NCBI GenBank assembly: GCA_963727805.1 | Contig: CAVSHF010000005.1 | Coordinates: forward strand, 736,001-800,000 | DNA from: an uncultured Nitrospiraceae bacterium | Lineage (GTDB): Bacteria; Nitrospirota; Thermodesulfovibrionia; Thermodesulfovibrionales; Dissulfurispiraceae | Reading direction: 5' to 3' | DNA: 64,000 nt | In this document: positions 54,610 through 63,833 of the stretch, one piece after another | Position numbering within the stretch: position 1 is the first letter of the stretch | Layout of the letters: every line of letters begins with the position of its first letter | Position numbers and translations under genes: made by a program | The notes under the pieces: model-generated | Seen by the model: only the letters and a program-made list of their open reading frames with translations | What the model was told of the DNA's origin: nothing | Databases searched by the model: none

Positions 54610-54687
54610 TGGCGTCCCCAACCGGATTCGAACCGGTGTTACCGCCGTGAAAGGGCGATGTCCTAAACCAGGCTAGACGATGGGGAC
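54610..54687 (-). tRNA. tRNA-Glu(TTC)
   Basis: Reverse complement GTCCCCATCGTCTAG...CTTTCAC...GGTTCGAATCC...GGGGACGCCA. Confidence 0.95.
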
Positions 54688-54749
54688 AAAATGATTTAAG
54701 ATCCCGGATTCATCATAATTATCCATAATCTTAAATCGGCAGTTCAAAA

Positions 54750-54822
54750 TGAGCCGCGTTGGATTCGAACCAACGACCCACGCCTTAAAAGGGCGTTGCT
54801 CTACCAACTGAGCTAGCGGCCC
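54750..54822 (-). tRNA. tRNA-Lys(TTT), CCA not encoded
   Basis: Reverse complement GGGCCGCTAGCTCAGTTGGTAGAGC...CTTTTAA...GGTTCGAATCC...GCGGCTCA. Confidence 0.95.
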
Positions 54823-54944
54823 TCATGGCGCACGCCGCGCCAAAGAGATAATAAATTTACTATTAATAAGGCTTGTTTGTCAATAATTGCAGCACAAGAC
54901 AGAATCGTAGAAGCAAAAACCTCAAATTACGTCCGGACTTCTGT

Positions 54945-56882
54945 CTACTTCCACTTGGTATGGGGGAGCAGGCCGCCCTTAAGTATCAGTTCCCTTTCCC
55001 TGTTGTTAAGATTTACTGTCACTTCAAAAGAGTATCCCTTCGTGACATTTTCGACCGTGCAAGTCTGACTTTGAGTGGTCGCATTAACTGCGTCTTTGAT
55101 TGAAAGCAGGTCTCCCTGCTCAACTTTCTCATAATCCTGCTCTGATTTAAACAGCAACGGCAGGACACCGAAATTGATGAGGTTTGCTCGGTGAATCCGC
55201 GCAAACGACTTTGTGATGACCGCCTGCAGGCCTAGGTACATCGGAGCAATTGCAGCGTGCTCGCGGGAGGAACCCTGGCCGTAATTCTCGCCGCCAATAA
55301 CGATAGCGCCGCCTTTCCCCTTTGCAGCACTTGCACGACTGCTGAAGGTATCATCAATATTCTCAAAGACAAACTCTGCAATCGCCGGAATATTCGAACG
55401 GTAAGGAAGCACCTTTGAACCCGCAGGCATGATATCATCGGTGGTGATATTATTGCCGAGTTTCAAAAGCACTTCCGCTCTGATTTCAGATTTCAGCGCC
55501 TCTTTCACCGGCACCTCTTTGATATTAGGCCCTTTAATAACCTTTACGTCCTTCGTGTCCGCTATCGGCTTAATGAGGAGGTTGTCATTGATCAGAAACC
55601 GCTCAGGCTCTTGCATCGCCTCTATCGTAATGCCAGAGTCTCTCGGATCGATCATCTCGCCCTTCAGGGCCATGATCGTGCATGCGACAGGATTCGTAAG
55701 ATAGATAAGAGCGTCCTTTGTCCCCGATCTCCCCTGGAAATTCCGGTTGTAAGACCTGATCGATACTTGCCCCGAACCCGGCGCGCCACCCATGCCGATG
55801 CAAGGACCGCAGGAGGCCTCGAGCATACGCGAACCAGCCGCGATCATGTTCGCAATCGCTCCTTCGCGCATGAGCATTTCGTAAACCTGCTTTGAGCCGG
55901 GATTGATCAACAGATTCACCCCTTTTGCCACGGTCCGCCCTTCAAGAATCGCGGCGACCGATTTCATGCCATGATAGGACGAGTTGGTGCAGCTGCCTAT
56001 GCAGACTTGATCAACCTTAATGCCAGCAATCTCCCGAATGGGCACGACATTGTCAGGACTATGTGGCTGGGCGATCATCGGCTCGATGGAGCCGAGATCA
56101 AGGTCGATAATCTCTGCATATGCCGCGTCATCATCAGCCTTCATTTCGATCCAGTCCTTTTCTCTGCCCTCAGCCCTGAGATAAGCCAGGGAATTTTCGT
56201 CACTCGGGAATATTGAGGTCGTAGCGCCCAGTTCTGCCCCCATATTGGTGATCGTCGCCCTTTCGGTGACATTGAGGTCCTTGACGCCGGGGCCTCCATA
56301 TTCGACTATCTTGCCCACTCCTCCCTTGACGGTAAGCATTCTAAGGAGAGTGAGTATTACGTCCATAGCGCTCACATAAGGCTTCCGCAGCTTACCTGTT
56401 AACCGGACTAGAACAACCTTTGGCATCATCATCTCAAAGGGCGCTCCTGCCATAACAGTCGCCGCCTCAAGTCCCCCCACGCCAATGGCGATCATGCCCA
56501 TGCCGCCGCCTGTCGGAGTATGGCTGTCGGTGCCAAGGGCAATATTTCCAGGGGCCGCAAATCTTTCGAGGTGGATTTGATGACAGATGCCGTTGCCCGG
56601 TCTCGAAAACCAAGCGCCAAATTTTTCTGCCGCGGTTTGAAGGAAAAGATGATCGTCAGCGTTCATGAAATTCGACTGGAGCATATTGTGATCGACATAC
56701 GAAACAGCCAAAGGGACCCTCACCCTATCGATCCCGATGGCCTCGAACTCAAGCCAGGTCATGGTACCAGTAGCGTCCTGAGTATAGACTTGGTCCACAT
56801 TTAATACAATAGGTCGCCCCACCGATATCTCTCCCTCAACCTTATGAGCTTCAAATATCTTCTCTACAATGTTTTTTCCCAT
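54945..56882 (-). CDS. Aconitate hydratase (short single-chain type)
   Basis: QDATG, GICHQ, DSHT, GSCTN, CGPCIG, NRNF, TTDDI, NYGQGSSREHAA. Confidence 0.9.
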   Translation of the reverse strand: MGKNIVEKIFEAHKVEGEISVGRPIVLNVDQVYTQDATGTMTWLEFEAIGIDRVRVPLAVSYVDHNMLQSNFMNADDHLFLQTAAEKFGAWFSRPGNGICHQIHLERFAAPGNIALGTDSHTPTGGGMGMIAIGVGGLEAATVMAGAPFEMMMPKVVLVRLTGKLRKPYVSAMDVILTLLRMLTVKGGVGKIVEYGGPGVKDLNVTERATITNMGAELGATTSIFPSDENSLAYLRAEGREKDWIEMKADDDAAYAEIIDLDLGSIEPMIAQPHSPDNVVPIREIAGIKVDQVCIGSCTNSSYHGMKSVAAILEGRTVAKGVNLLINPGSKQVYEMLMREGAIANMIAAGSRMLEASCGPCIGMGGAPGSGQVSIRSYNRNFQGRSGTKDALIYLTNPVACTIMALKGEMIDPRDSGITIEAMQEPERFLINDNLLIKPIADTKDVKVIKGPNIKEVPVKEALKSEIRAEVLLKLGNNITTDDIMPAGSKVLPYRSNIPAIAEFVFENIDDTFSSRASAAKGKGGAIVIGGENYGQGSSREHAAIAPMYLGLQAVITKSFARIHRANLINFGVLPLLFKSEQDYEKVEQGDLLSIKDAVNATTQSQTCTVENVTKGYSFEVTVNLNNRERELILKGGLLPHTKWK

Positions 56883-57051
56883 TCTTCCCTCTCTTTATAT
56901 TAGCAATCGAATTTACGCGGCTTACACCAGATATGCCGAAATCCGCCAGCGCCGTCCTACTGCGAGTGGCGGTAATAGGGGATTTTTTGACTATTTGCGC
57001 ATTATTATGTTAAAAAAATAGATAAAAAATCAATCAAGCAAGAGGTCAGTC

Positions 57052-58308
57052 ATGCATTTCTTCCTCTACAAAAAGGGCGAACTCTATGCTGAAGATGTTC
57101 CGGTTAGAAAAATCGTCGCCCAATTCGGCACTCCGGTGTACATATACAGTACTGGCACCCTTGTAAGACACTTTAGAGCCTATGATGAAGCCTTTGACGG
57201 TAAGCCTCATATCATCTGCTTCGCTCTCAAGGCCAACTCAAATTCTGCGCTCATAAGGCTTTTTGCAAAACAGGGTTCGGGTGCCGATGTAGTATCGGGA
57301 GGGGAACTCTTCCGGGCACTAAAGGCCGGGGTACCCGCAAAAAAAATCGTATACGCCGGCGTCGGAAAGACCGGGGATGAGATCAGGTATGCTCTCAAGA
57401 ATAAGATACTGATGTTCAATGTGGAGTCTGAAAATGAATTGCGCGAGATCGACCGCATCGCCGGGGATATGAAGGTCAAGGCCCCTATTGCGCTCCGAAT
57501 CAATCCTGATATAGACCCGCAAACCCATCCCTATATCTCAACAGGATTGAAGAAACATAAATTCGGAATACCCATCGAGTATGCCCTTGAGCATTATAAG
57601 TTCGCCAAGAGCCTGAAAAATACGGCCGTGATAGGCATTCACAAACATATCGGGTCTCAGCTCACTAAATTATCCCCCTTCGTGGATTCTCTAAAGAGGA
57701 TACTGCTCCTTATAGACGAGCTTGCGAAGCATAGAATAAAAATCGATTACCTGGACGTCGGCGGTGGGTTGGGCATCACGTATTTCGATGAGGAGCCACC
57801 GCAGCCGAAAGACTTGGCAAAACAGATACTCCCGATGCTCAAAAATCGCGATTTAACTCTGGTTATGGAGCCCGGAAGGTCACTGGTCGGAAACGCGGGC
57901 ATTCTCATCACGAAAACCCTTTACCTGAAAGAAGGTGAAGAAAAAAATTTCATCATTGTTGACGCAGGGATGAACGACCTAATGCGGCCTTCCTTATATG
58001 ATGCGTACCATCATATTCAACCCGTCGTGAAAAGCAAACGTAGTACCATCATCGCAGATATCGTCGGACCTATTTGTGAATCGGGCGATTTTCTCGCTAA
58101 AAACCGCGAAGTCCGGAAGGTCAAACAAGGGGAATATCTTGCTGTCATGAGCGCCGGCGCCTATGGTTTTTCGATGTCATCAAACTACAACAGCCGCCCC
58201 AGGGCCGCTGAAGTAATGGTGCGTGGCAAAGAGTTTGCGCTCGTCCGCAAACGCGAGTCTCTTAACGATCTTCTGCATGGTGAACTGATACCGGATTTTG
58301 TCCGATGA
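57052..58308 (+). CDS. lysA: Diaminopimelate decarboxylase
   Basis: ALKAN, VSGGE, HIGSQ, EPGR, GPICESGD, SNYNSRP. Confidence 0.96.
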   Translation: MHFFLYKKGELYAEDVPVRKIVAQFGTPVYIYSTGTLVRHFRAYDEAFDGKPHIICFALKANSNSALIRLFAKQGSGADVVSGGELFRALKAGVPAKKIVYAGVGKTGDEIRYALKNKILMFNVESENELREIDRIAGDMKVKAPIALRINPDIDPQTHPYISTGLKKHKFGIPIEYALEHYKFAKSLKNTAVIGIHKHIGSQLTKLSPFVDSLKRILLLIDELAKHRIKIDYLDVGGGLGITYFDEEPPQPKDLAKQILPMLKNRDLTLVMEPGRSLVGNAGILITKTLYLKEGEEKNFIIVDAGMNDLMRPSLYDAYHHIQPVVKSKRSTIIADIVGPICESGDFLAKNREVRKVKQGEYLAVMSAGAYGFSMSSNYNSRPRAAEVMVRGKEFALVRKRESLNDLLHGELIPDFVR

Positions 58309-59135
58309 TGATATCCTTCACCAAGATGCATGGCACCGGCAACGACTTCATCATTATCGACTGCAGATCCTTCGAACTGCCTAATCCGGCCGGTTTTTCG
58401 GTTAGGTCTTGTCACCGGAGGTTCGGCATCGGGGCCGATCAGGTGCTACTCATTTATCCATCCAATGTCGCCGATTTCAGGATGGAGATTTACAACGCCG
58501 ATGGCGGAGAGGTTGAGATGTGCGGTAACGGTATCCGTTGTTTTGCGAAATATGTTTGGGATCGGAATCTTTCCGGCAAGAAGGTGCTCGAAATTGAAAC
58601 CCTTGCTGGAATCATCAGGCCTGAACGCTCGGGCACTGACGTCCGGGTGGACATGGGGGAGCCGGTCCTTGAGTCCCAAAGAATACCGGTGAATATCCAA
58701 TCGTCAATACCTGTAATCGATCACCCCCTAAGTGTCCACGGAAGGGAATTCAGATTAACCCTCGTTTCGATGGGCAACCCCCATGCGATTATCTTCCTTG
58801 ATGAAGATGTATTGAAATTCCCGGTAGCGACGTATGGCCCCGAGATAGAACATCACCCTCTTTTCCCTAAACGGACGAACGTGGAGTTTGTCAATGTGAT
58901 AAACAGAAACGAATTGATCATGAGAGTATGGGAGAGGGGTTCGGGAGAGACAATGGCCTGCGGCACAGGCGCAACTGCAACCGGCATAGCCGCTATGATT
59001 AAAGGACTAACGGAAAGACAGGTGGCCGTCAAGTTGGTCGGCGGGAACCTCTTTATTGAATGGGCAGACAACAATCATGCTTATATGACAGGCCCCGCAG
59101 TTGAGGTCTTCGAAGGAGTGATACGATATGAATGA
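58305..59135 (+). CDS. dapF: Diaminopimelate epimerase
   Basis: KMHGTGNDF, EMCGNG, MGNPH, ERGSGETMACGTG. Confidence 0.96.
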   Translation: MMISFTKMHGTGNDFIIIDCRSFELPNPAGFSVRSCHRRFGIGADQVLLIYPSNVADFRMEIYNADGGEVEMCGNGIRCFAKYVWDRNLSGKKVLEIETLAGIIRPERSGTDVRVDMGEPVLESQRIPVNIQSSIPVIDHPLSVHGREFRLTLVSMGNPHAIIFLDEDVLKFPVATYGPEIEHHPLFPKRTNVEFVNVINRNELIMRVWERGSGETMACGTGATATGIAAMIKGLTERQVAVKLVGGNLFIEWADNNHAYMTGPAVEVFEGVIRYE

Positions 59136-59394
59136 AGAACGAAGAAAACACCCCAGAAGGTCTTGTGAGCTCACGGTCCCCTTTACCGTCGGCGGGCTCG
59201 AAAGCAAGGAATCCGGAAAGTTGTTCCTTTATGGTGACACAATCGACATTAGCGCAACTGGCCTTTGCATCACCACCGACTATCCACTCGAACCGGGACA
59301 AGTTCTCTCCTTTGGCAACCAGCGTCTAGTTGCAGTTGTCAAATGGGGGGGGAAGTTGGATAATTCCTACAGAGTTGGTATAAAGTTCATATAA
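59128..59394 (+). CDS. Stand-alone PilZ-domain protein
   Basis: ERRKHPR (RxxxR), DISATG (DxSxxG), VVKW, VGIKF. Confidence 0.87.
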   Translation: MNEERRKHPRRSCELTVPFTVGGLESKESGKLFLYGDTIDISATGLCITTDYPLEPGQVLSFGNQRLVAVVKWGGKLDNSYRVGIKFI

Positions 59395-59413
59395 CCCTTG
59401 GCAGGAGGAGCTC

Positions 59414-60286
59414 ATGTTTAAAGGTTCATTTGTAGCCATAGTAACTCCATTTAAAAATGGCGTATTCGATGAAAAAGCATACGGCGAACTGATTGAATGG
59501 CACATCAATCAGGGCACCCACGGCATTGTCCCCTGCGGGACAACAGGCGAAGCCTCAACTCTCGACTTTGATGAGCACTATCGGGTCATCGAGGTGGCCG
59601 TCAAGGCCGCGAAGAAAAGGATACCAGTTATCGCCGGTACAGGAGCCAATTCGACTGATGAGGCAGTCCTTATTACCCAAAAGGCGGAGAAGCTCGGTGC
59701 TGATGCCGCTCTTGTGGTTACCCCCTATTACAACAAGCCGACCCAAGAAGGTCTCTTTCTGCATTTCAAGGCTGTTGCCGAGGCTGTCGATATACCGATC
59801 GTCCTCTACAATGTACCCGGGAGGACCGCCGTCAATTTGCTGCCTGCAACTGTGGCTAAACTTCTCGAATTCAAGAATATAGTCGGCATAAAGGAAGCGA
59901 CAGGCGACATGAGACAGGCCAGCGATCTGATACGCCTTTGCGGCGACAGGCTTGTGATCATCTCAGGAGACGATTTCACCACCTTCCCTATGCTTGCACT
60001 CGGCGGCAAAGGAGTTATATCCGTTACGGCTAACATCGCGCCGAAAGATTCGGCCGATATGTATAATGCATGGGAACGGGGAGACATTGCCAAGGCAAGA
60101 CAACTGCACTACAAACTAGAACCCTTGAACGCGGCCATGTTCATCGAGACAAATCCAATTCCGGTAAAGTCCGCTCTGGCCTTGATGGGGAAAATTGGGG
60201 AAGAGTTCAGACTCCCCCTCTGCGCTATGTCTCCGGCAAACAAAGAGAAGCTCAGGGGAGTGCTGAAAGATGCCGGACTCATCTAG
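59414..60286 (+). CDS. dapA: 4-hydroxy-tetrahydrodipicolinate synthase
   Basis: VTPF, GTTGE, PYYNKP, YNVPGRT, GIKEA, ETNPIPVK. Confidence 0.96.
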   Translation: MFKGSFVAIVTPFKNGVFDEKAYGELIEWHINQGTHGIVPCGTTGEASTLDFDEHYRVIEVAVKAAKKRIPVIAGTGANSTDEAVLITQKAEKLGADAALVVTPYYNKPTQEGLFLHFKAVAEAVDIPIVLYNVPGRTAVNLLPATVAKLLEFKNIVGIKEATGDMRQASDLIRLCGDRLVIISGDDFTTFPMLALGGKGVISVTANIAPKDSADMYNAWERGDIAKARQLHYKLEPLNAAMFIETNPIPVKSALALMGKIGEEFRLPLCAMSPANKEKLRGVLKDAGLI

Positions 60287-60342
60287 GGGGAAAAGTGAGA
60301 AGTAAGGAACTGAGAGCCAAGAGTGGACACTCTAGAGTTCCG

Positions 60343-60861
60343 ATGTATTTTTTCATGTTCTTACTTCTGACTTGCTCCTTTTTGCTTTCTACTTCCAAAG
60401 GATTCAGCGAGAATCCGTCTCCCTACGCCATCGAAAGCCTTTCGGGTCAGAAGGCGCCTGACTTTACGCTTAAAGACCTTGACGGCAAGTCCGTTACTCT
60501 CGCATCGCACAGGGGAAAGGTTGTAATACTCGTTTTCTGGGCTTCTTGGTGCCCGCCCTGTAAGGATGAACTTCAATCATTGAATAAGCTGTACAACATG
60601 TATAAGAACAAGGGGCTCGTCATTCTTGCAGTATCGTCCGACAGGTCACTATCGTCGGTGAAAGATTTCATAGCTCAGAACCCGGTGACCTATACCATCC
60701 TCTTTGATGAAAAGCTTTCCATATCGAGAGACCTTTACAAGGCCTTCATGGTGCCCACTACCTTTGTGATAGACAGGAGAGGGACTATCTTTAGAAAACA
60801 TTTTGGCGAACAGGATTGGACCAAGCCGACGCTTGTCAAAGAGATCGACACCTTGCTCTAA
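60343..60861 (+). CDS. TlpA/ResA-family thioredoxin-like protein
   Basis: APDFTL, FWASWCPPC, VPTTFVID; start uncertain (GTG 60295 or ATG 60343). Confidence 0.88.
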   Translation: MYFFMFLLLTCSFLLSTSKGFSENPSPYAIESLSGQKAPDFTLKDLDGKSVTLASHRGKVVILVFWASWCPPCKDELQSLNKLYNMYKNKGLVILAVSSDRSLSSVKDFIAQNPVTYTILFDEKLSISRDLYKAFMVPTTFVIDRRGTIFRKHFGEQDWTKPTLVKEIDTLL

Positions 60862-60869
60862 CCTGCAAC

Positions 60870-60965
60870 TTACACCTTCAGTTCCGATGCATACTGAGAA
60901 CAGCGTGTCGCCTTCAGAGGGATAGCCGAAAGACAGAAAAGGTATTCCTTTGTGTGGCAAGGGGC
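60870..60965 (-). pseudogene. Remnant of an mscL 3' end (zinc-ribbon tail)
   Basis: TKEYLFCLSAIPLKATRCSQYASELKV* against TKDCPYCLSVIQIKATRCAHCTADLKVS in the neighbouring MscL. Confidence 0.75.
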
Positions 60966-61146
60966 TAATGTTTTCCCCGAAAGAAAGTCTTTAAGACAGC
61001 CCAGCCTTTTCTGCAATTTATCACGCATCTCCTGCGACATGAAGGGTGTCATCAGGATATCCTTAAAGCCTAAACTGGCGTAACGCACAACCCCAATCAA
61101 GAGTTCACATGAATGCATCGCATATCAAGGAAAAGATAACGGCACG

Positions 61147-61196
61147 GCGTATATCCCCGCCCTGAAGAGACGGGGTTATATGCTGCTTTCTGATAA
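61147..61196 (+). mobile_element. IS200/IS605-like terminal hairpin remnant
   Basis: gcgtatatccccg-ccctgaagaga-cggggttatatgc stem-loop; the family assignment is from recalled resemblance only. Confidence 0.45.
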
Positions 61197-61220
61197 ATAT
61201 AACGTTACAACAGTTGCCGT

Positions 61221-61676
61221 CTAAGATACCTTCAAATCAGCCGTGCAGTGAGCACAACGAGTCGCCTTAATTTGTATGACAGATAGACAGTAAGGGCAAT
61301 CTTTCGTTGTCGGCAGAGTGGGCGGGGCCTCTTCCTGTCTCTTAAGCTTATTTATATTGCGGACAACGATAAAAACTGAAAAAGCGATAATCAGGAAACT
61401 GATAATTGTATTGATAAAAATACCGATGTTGAGAGTGACCGCACCGGCAGCCTTGGCGGCGGCGACAGACCCATATGGTCCAGGAACTTTGCCTTCTTTC
61501 AGCAGCAAGAAAAGATTTGCAAAATCAACATTCCCTAAGAGGAGTCCGATTGGGGGCATGATTATATCTGCCACGAGTGAAGTGATTATGGTGCCAAAAG
61601 CCGCACCAATAACGATGCCAACTGCCATGTCAATCATATTGCCCTTCATTGCAAATTCTTTGAAATCCTTAAACAT
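61221..61676 (-). CDS. mscL: Large-conductance mechanosensitive channel with a C-terminal CxxC-CxxC tail
   Basis: FKEFAMKGNMIDMAVGIVIGAAF, DIIMPPIG, FINTIISFLIIAF. Confidence 0.95.
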   Translation of the reverse strand: MFKDFKEFAMKGNMIDMAVGIVIGAAFGTIITSLVADIIMPPIGLLLGNVDFANLFLLLKEGKVPGPYGSVAAAKAAGAVTLNIGIFINTIISFLIIAFSVFIVVRNINKLKRQEEAPPTLPTTKDCPYCLSVIQIKATRCAHCTADLKVS

Positions 61677-61803
61677 CGCATATCTCCTTTACTGAGATTT
61701 TGATGATCGCTGCTGCATCTAACCGATACCGATAAGATATTCTATATTTACCATGTAATAGAAGACGAGTCAAGGAAAGCATTGCCCGCGCCGATTGAGA
61801 GAT

Positions 61804-62808
61804 TCAATAGAGGTGGCAGGCGACTGACGATTCTCCAGTCCTCTGGAATTCAGGGATAATTTTATCGCAGGGATCGAATCTCTTCGGACAGCGGGGATGA
61901 AAAGGACAGCCCGATGGGACATCGACAGCGCTGGGAACGTCGCTCGAATCCGTTGACGGCCTTGAGTCCCTCGGAAATGGTCCCGAATGGTATCTCAATT
62001 TCGGTGCAGACGAAAGCAATAGTTCGGTATAGGGGTGTTTCGGTGCATTGAACAGGTCATCGGTTTTACCTGTTTCGACGATCTTTCCAAGATACATGAC
62101 CGCCACCTCATCACTCAGGTATCGGACCACCCTGAGGTCATGGCTGATGAAAACCATCGAAATTGCGGTAGTCTTTTTGATCTCTTGGAGAAGATTAAGT
62201 ATCTGCGCCTGAATCGAGACATCGAGGGCAGAAAGGGGTTCGTCAGCAATGATAAGTTCAGGCGAAACGCTGAGCGCCCTTGCGATACATATCCTTTGAC
62301 GCTGGCCGCCGCTGAATTCATGGGGGTATTTAGTAAGCACGTCCTGATTCAATCCCACCTTATTAAGCAAGTCAACCACCCTGTCTTTGATTTCGCGTCG
62401 GGGGATGATATTGTGGATCATGTAAGGTTCAGAGAGGGTATCGATGGTCCTCATCCGAGGATTAAGGGAAGCAAAGGGGTCCTGAAAGACGATTTGGACC
62501 GACCTCCGGAATCGCCGCAACTCGTCGCCTTTGATAGCAGAGATATCGAATCCCTTAAAAAATATTTTACCTGAATTAAGGGGAATCAACTTAAGGATAA
62601 GCCGTGCAACGGTCGACTTCCCGCACCCGCTCTCGCCAACGAGAGCAAAGATTGTCTCCTTCTTCACCTTGAAACTGACACCGTCGACTGCCTTGAGCCA
62701 TTTTTGTGTTTGTCCAAGGCCCGTCCTGACGGAGAATTGCTTCCCTATATCTCGGACGTCCAATAAAAGATTAGGACTCATGCTTATGATGTTGTCGGTC
62801 TCTTTCAA
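61804..62808 (-). CDS. Oligopeptide ABC ATPase (OppF/DppF-like)
   Basis: GESGCGKST, FQDPFASLNP, FSGGQRQR, HPYT, GCPFHPRC. Confidence 0.92.
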   Translation of the reverse strand: MKETDNIISMSPNLLLDVRDIGKQFSVRTGLGQTQKWLKAVDGVSFKVKKETIFALVGESGCGKSTVARLILKLIPLNSGKIFFKGFDISAIKGDELRRFRRSVQIVFQDPFASLNPRMRTIDTLSEPYMIHNIIPRREIKDRVVDLLNKVGLNQDVLTKYPHEFSGGQRQRICIARALSVSPELIIADEPLSALDVSIQAQILNLLQEIKKTTAISMVFISHDLRVVRYLSDEVAVMYLGKIVETGKTDDLFNAPKHPYTELLLSSAPKLRYHSGPFPRDSRPSTDSSDVPSAVDVPSGCPFHPRCPKRFDPCDKIIPEFQRTGESSVACHLY

Positions 62809-62836
62809 CCCCTCAACTCCCTAACTCTGTAACCCC

Positions 62837-63799
62837 TCAACTTATATGCACCCTTATGCACCGCACAAAATGGCCCTCTGCGACCTCCTCGAGTTCAGGC
62901 TCTGCCATCCGGCATGTATCGATGGCTCTCGGACATCTGTCTGAAAATTTACACCCCTGTGGATAAAGATCGGGAGATGGGACAAATCCGGATATCGGCT
63001 TCAGGGGGACTCCTCTTTTATCCGGCAGCGACTGCAGGAGCCCAATAGTATAAGGATGTAGGGTATTGCGGAAAAGTTCTTCAACGGTAGAGAGCTCCAT
63101 AATCCGTCCTGCATACATGACCGCCACCCGGTCCGCCTGCTCGGATATAATACTCAGGTCATGGGTAATTAGGAAGATTGCCATGCCGCGCTCCCGTCTT
63201 AATCCTTGCAGTAAATCGAGTATCTGTGCCTGTATGGTCACATCGAGGGCCGTTGTCGGCTCATCGGCAATCAGCAACTTTGGGTTGCAGGCTATGGCAA
63301 TCGCAATCATTACCCTCTGTCGCATACCACCCGAAAGCTGATGCGGATAATCCTTGATACGCGTTTCCGGCGAGGAAATCTTTACAGCTCTCAGAAGCTC
63401 TACCGCCTTCTTTATGGCATCTCTCTTCGATATCGAAAAATGAGCAAACAGCGCTTCGGCAATCTGATAACCGACCGTCAGAACCGGATTGAGCGAAGTC
63501 ATCGGTTCCTGAAAGACAATTGAGATGTCCTTACCCCTGATTGATCGCATCTCATCTTCATGGAGAGAAAGCAGGTTTTTCTCCTCAAATATAATGCTCC
63601 CTTCTGCAAAGGCATTTCCGGGCAGGATGCGCAGGATGGAAAGTGCGGTCATGCTCTTGCCGCTGCCGCTCTCGCCGACAAGACCAAATATCTCCGCCTT
63701 GCCGATGTCAAGAGAAATACCGGAGACTACCGTTAACGGATTATGGTCCGATCTAAAGGAAACCGAGAGGTCCCTGACATTCAGAAGTTTGTCGGACAT
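62837..63799 (-). CDS. Oligopeptide ABC ATPase (OppD/DppD-like)
   Basis: GESGSGKS, FQEPMTSLNP, LSGGMRQR, DEPTTALDVT. Confidence 0.92.
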   Translation of the reverse strand: MSDKLLNVRDLSVSFRSDHNPLTVVSGISLDIGKAEIFGLVGESGSGKSMTALSILRILPGNAFAEGSIIFEEKNLLSLHEDEMRSIRGKDISIVFQEPMTSLNPVLTVGYQIAEALFAHFSISKRDAIKKAVELLRAVKISSPETRIKDYPHQLSGGMRQRVMIAIAIACNPKLLIADEPTTALDVTIQAQILDLLQGLRRERGMAIFLITHDLSIISEQADRVAVMYAGRIMELSTVEELFRNTLHPYTIGLLQSLPDKRGVPLKPISGFVPSPDLYPQGCKFSDRCPRAIDTCRMAEPELEEVAEGHFVRCIRVHIS

Positions 63800-63833
63800 A
63801 TAGAGGCATGATAAGGTTTTAAATGGGTGGTTG

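Noticed and set aside
56988..57015. dif-like TTATGTTAAA with TGCGCAT nearby
   Set aside because: The XerD-like arm matches, but there is no XerC arm at the required 6-nt spacing. More likely AT-rich lysA promoter DNA.
56883..57051. Possible lysine riboswitch or structured leader between aconitase and lysA
   Set aside because: Only a short ccgcca/tggcgg stem; no L-box consensus recognised.
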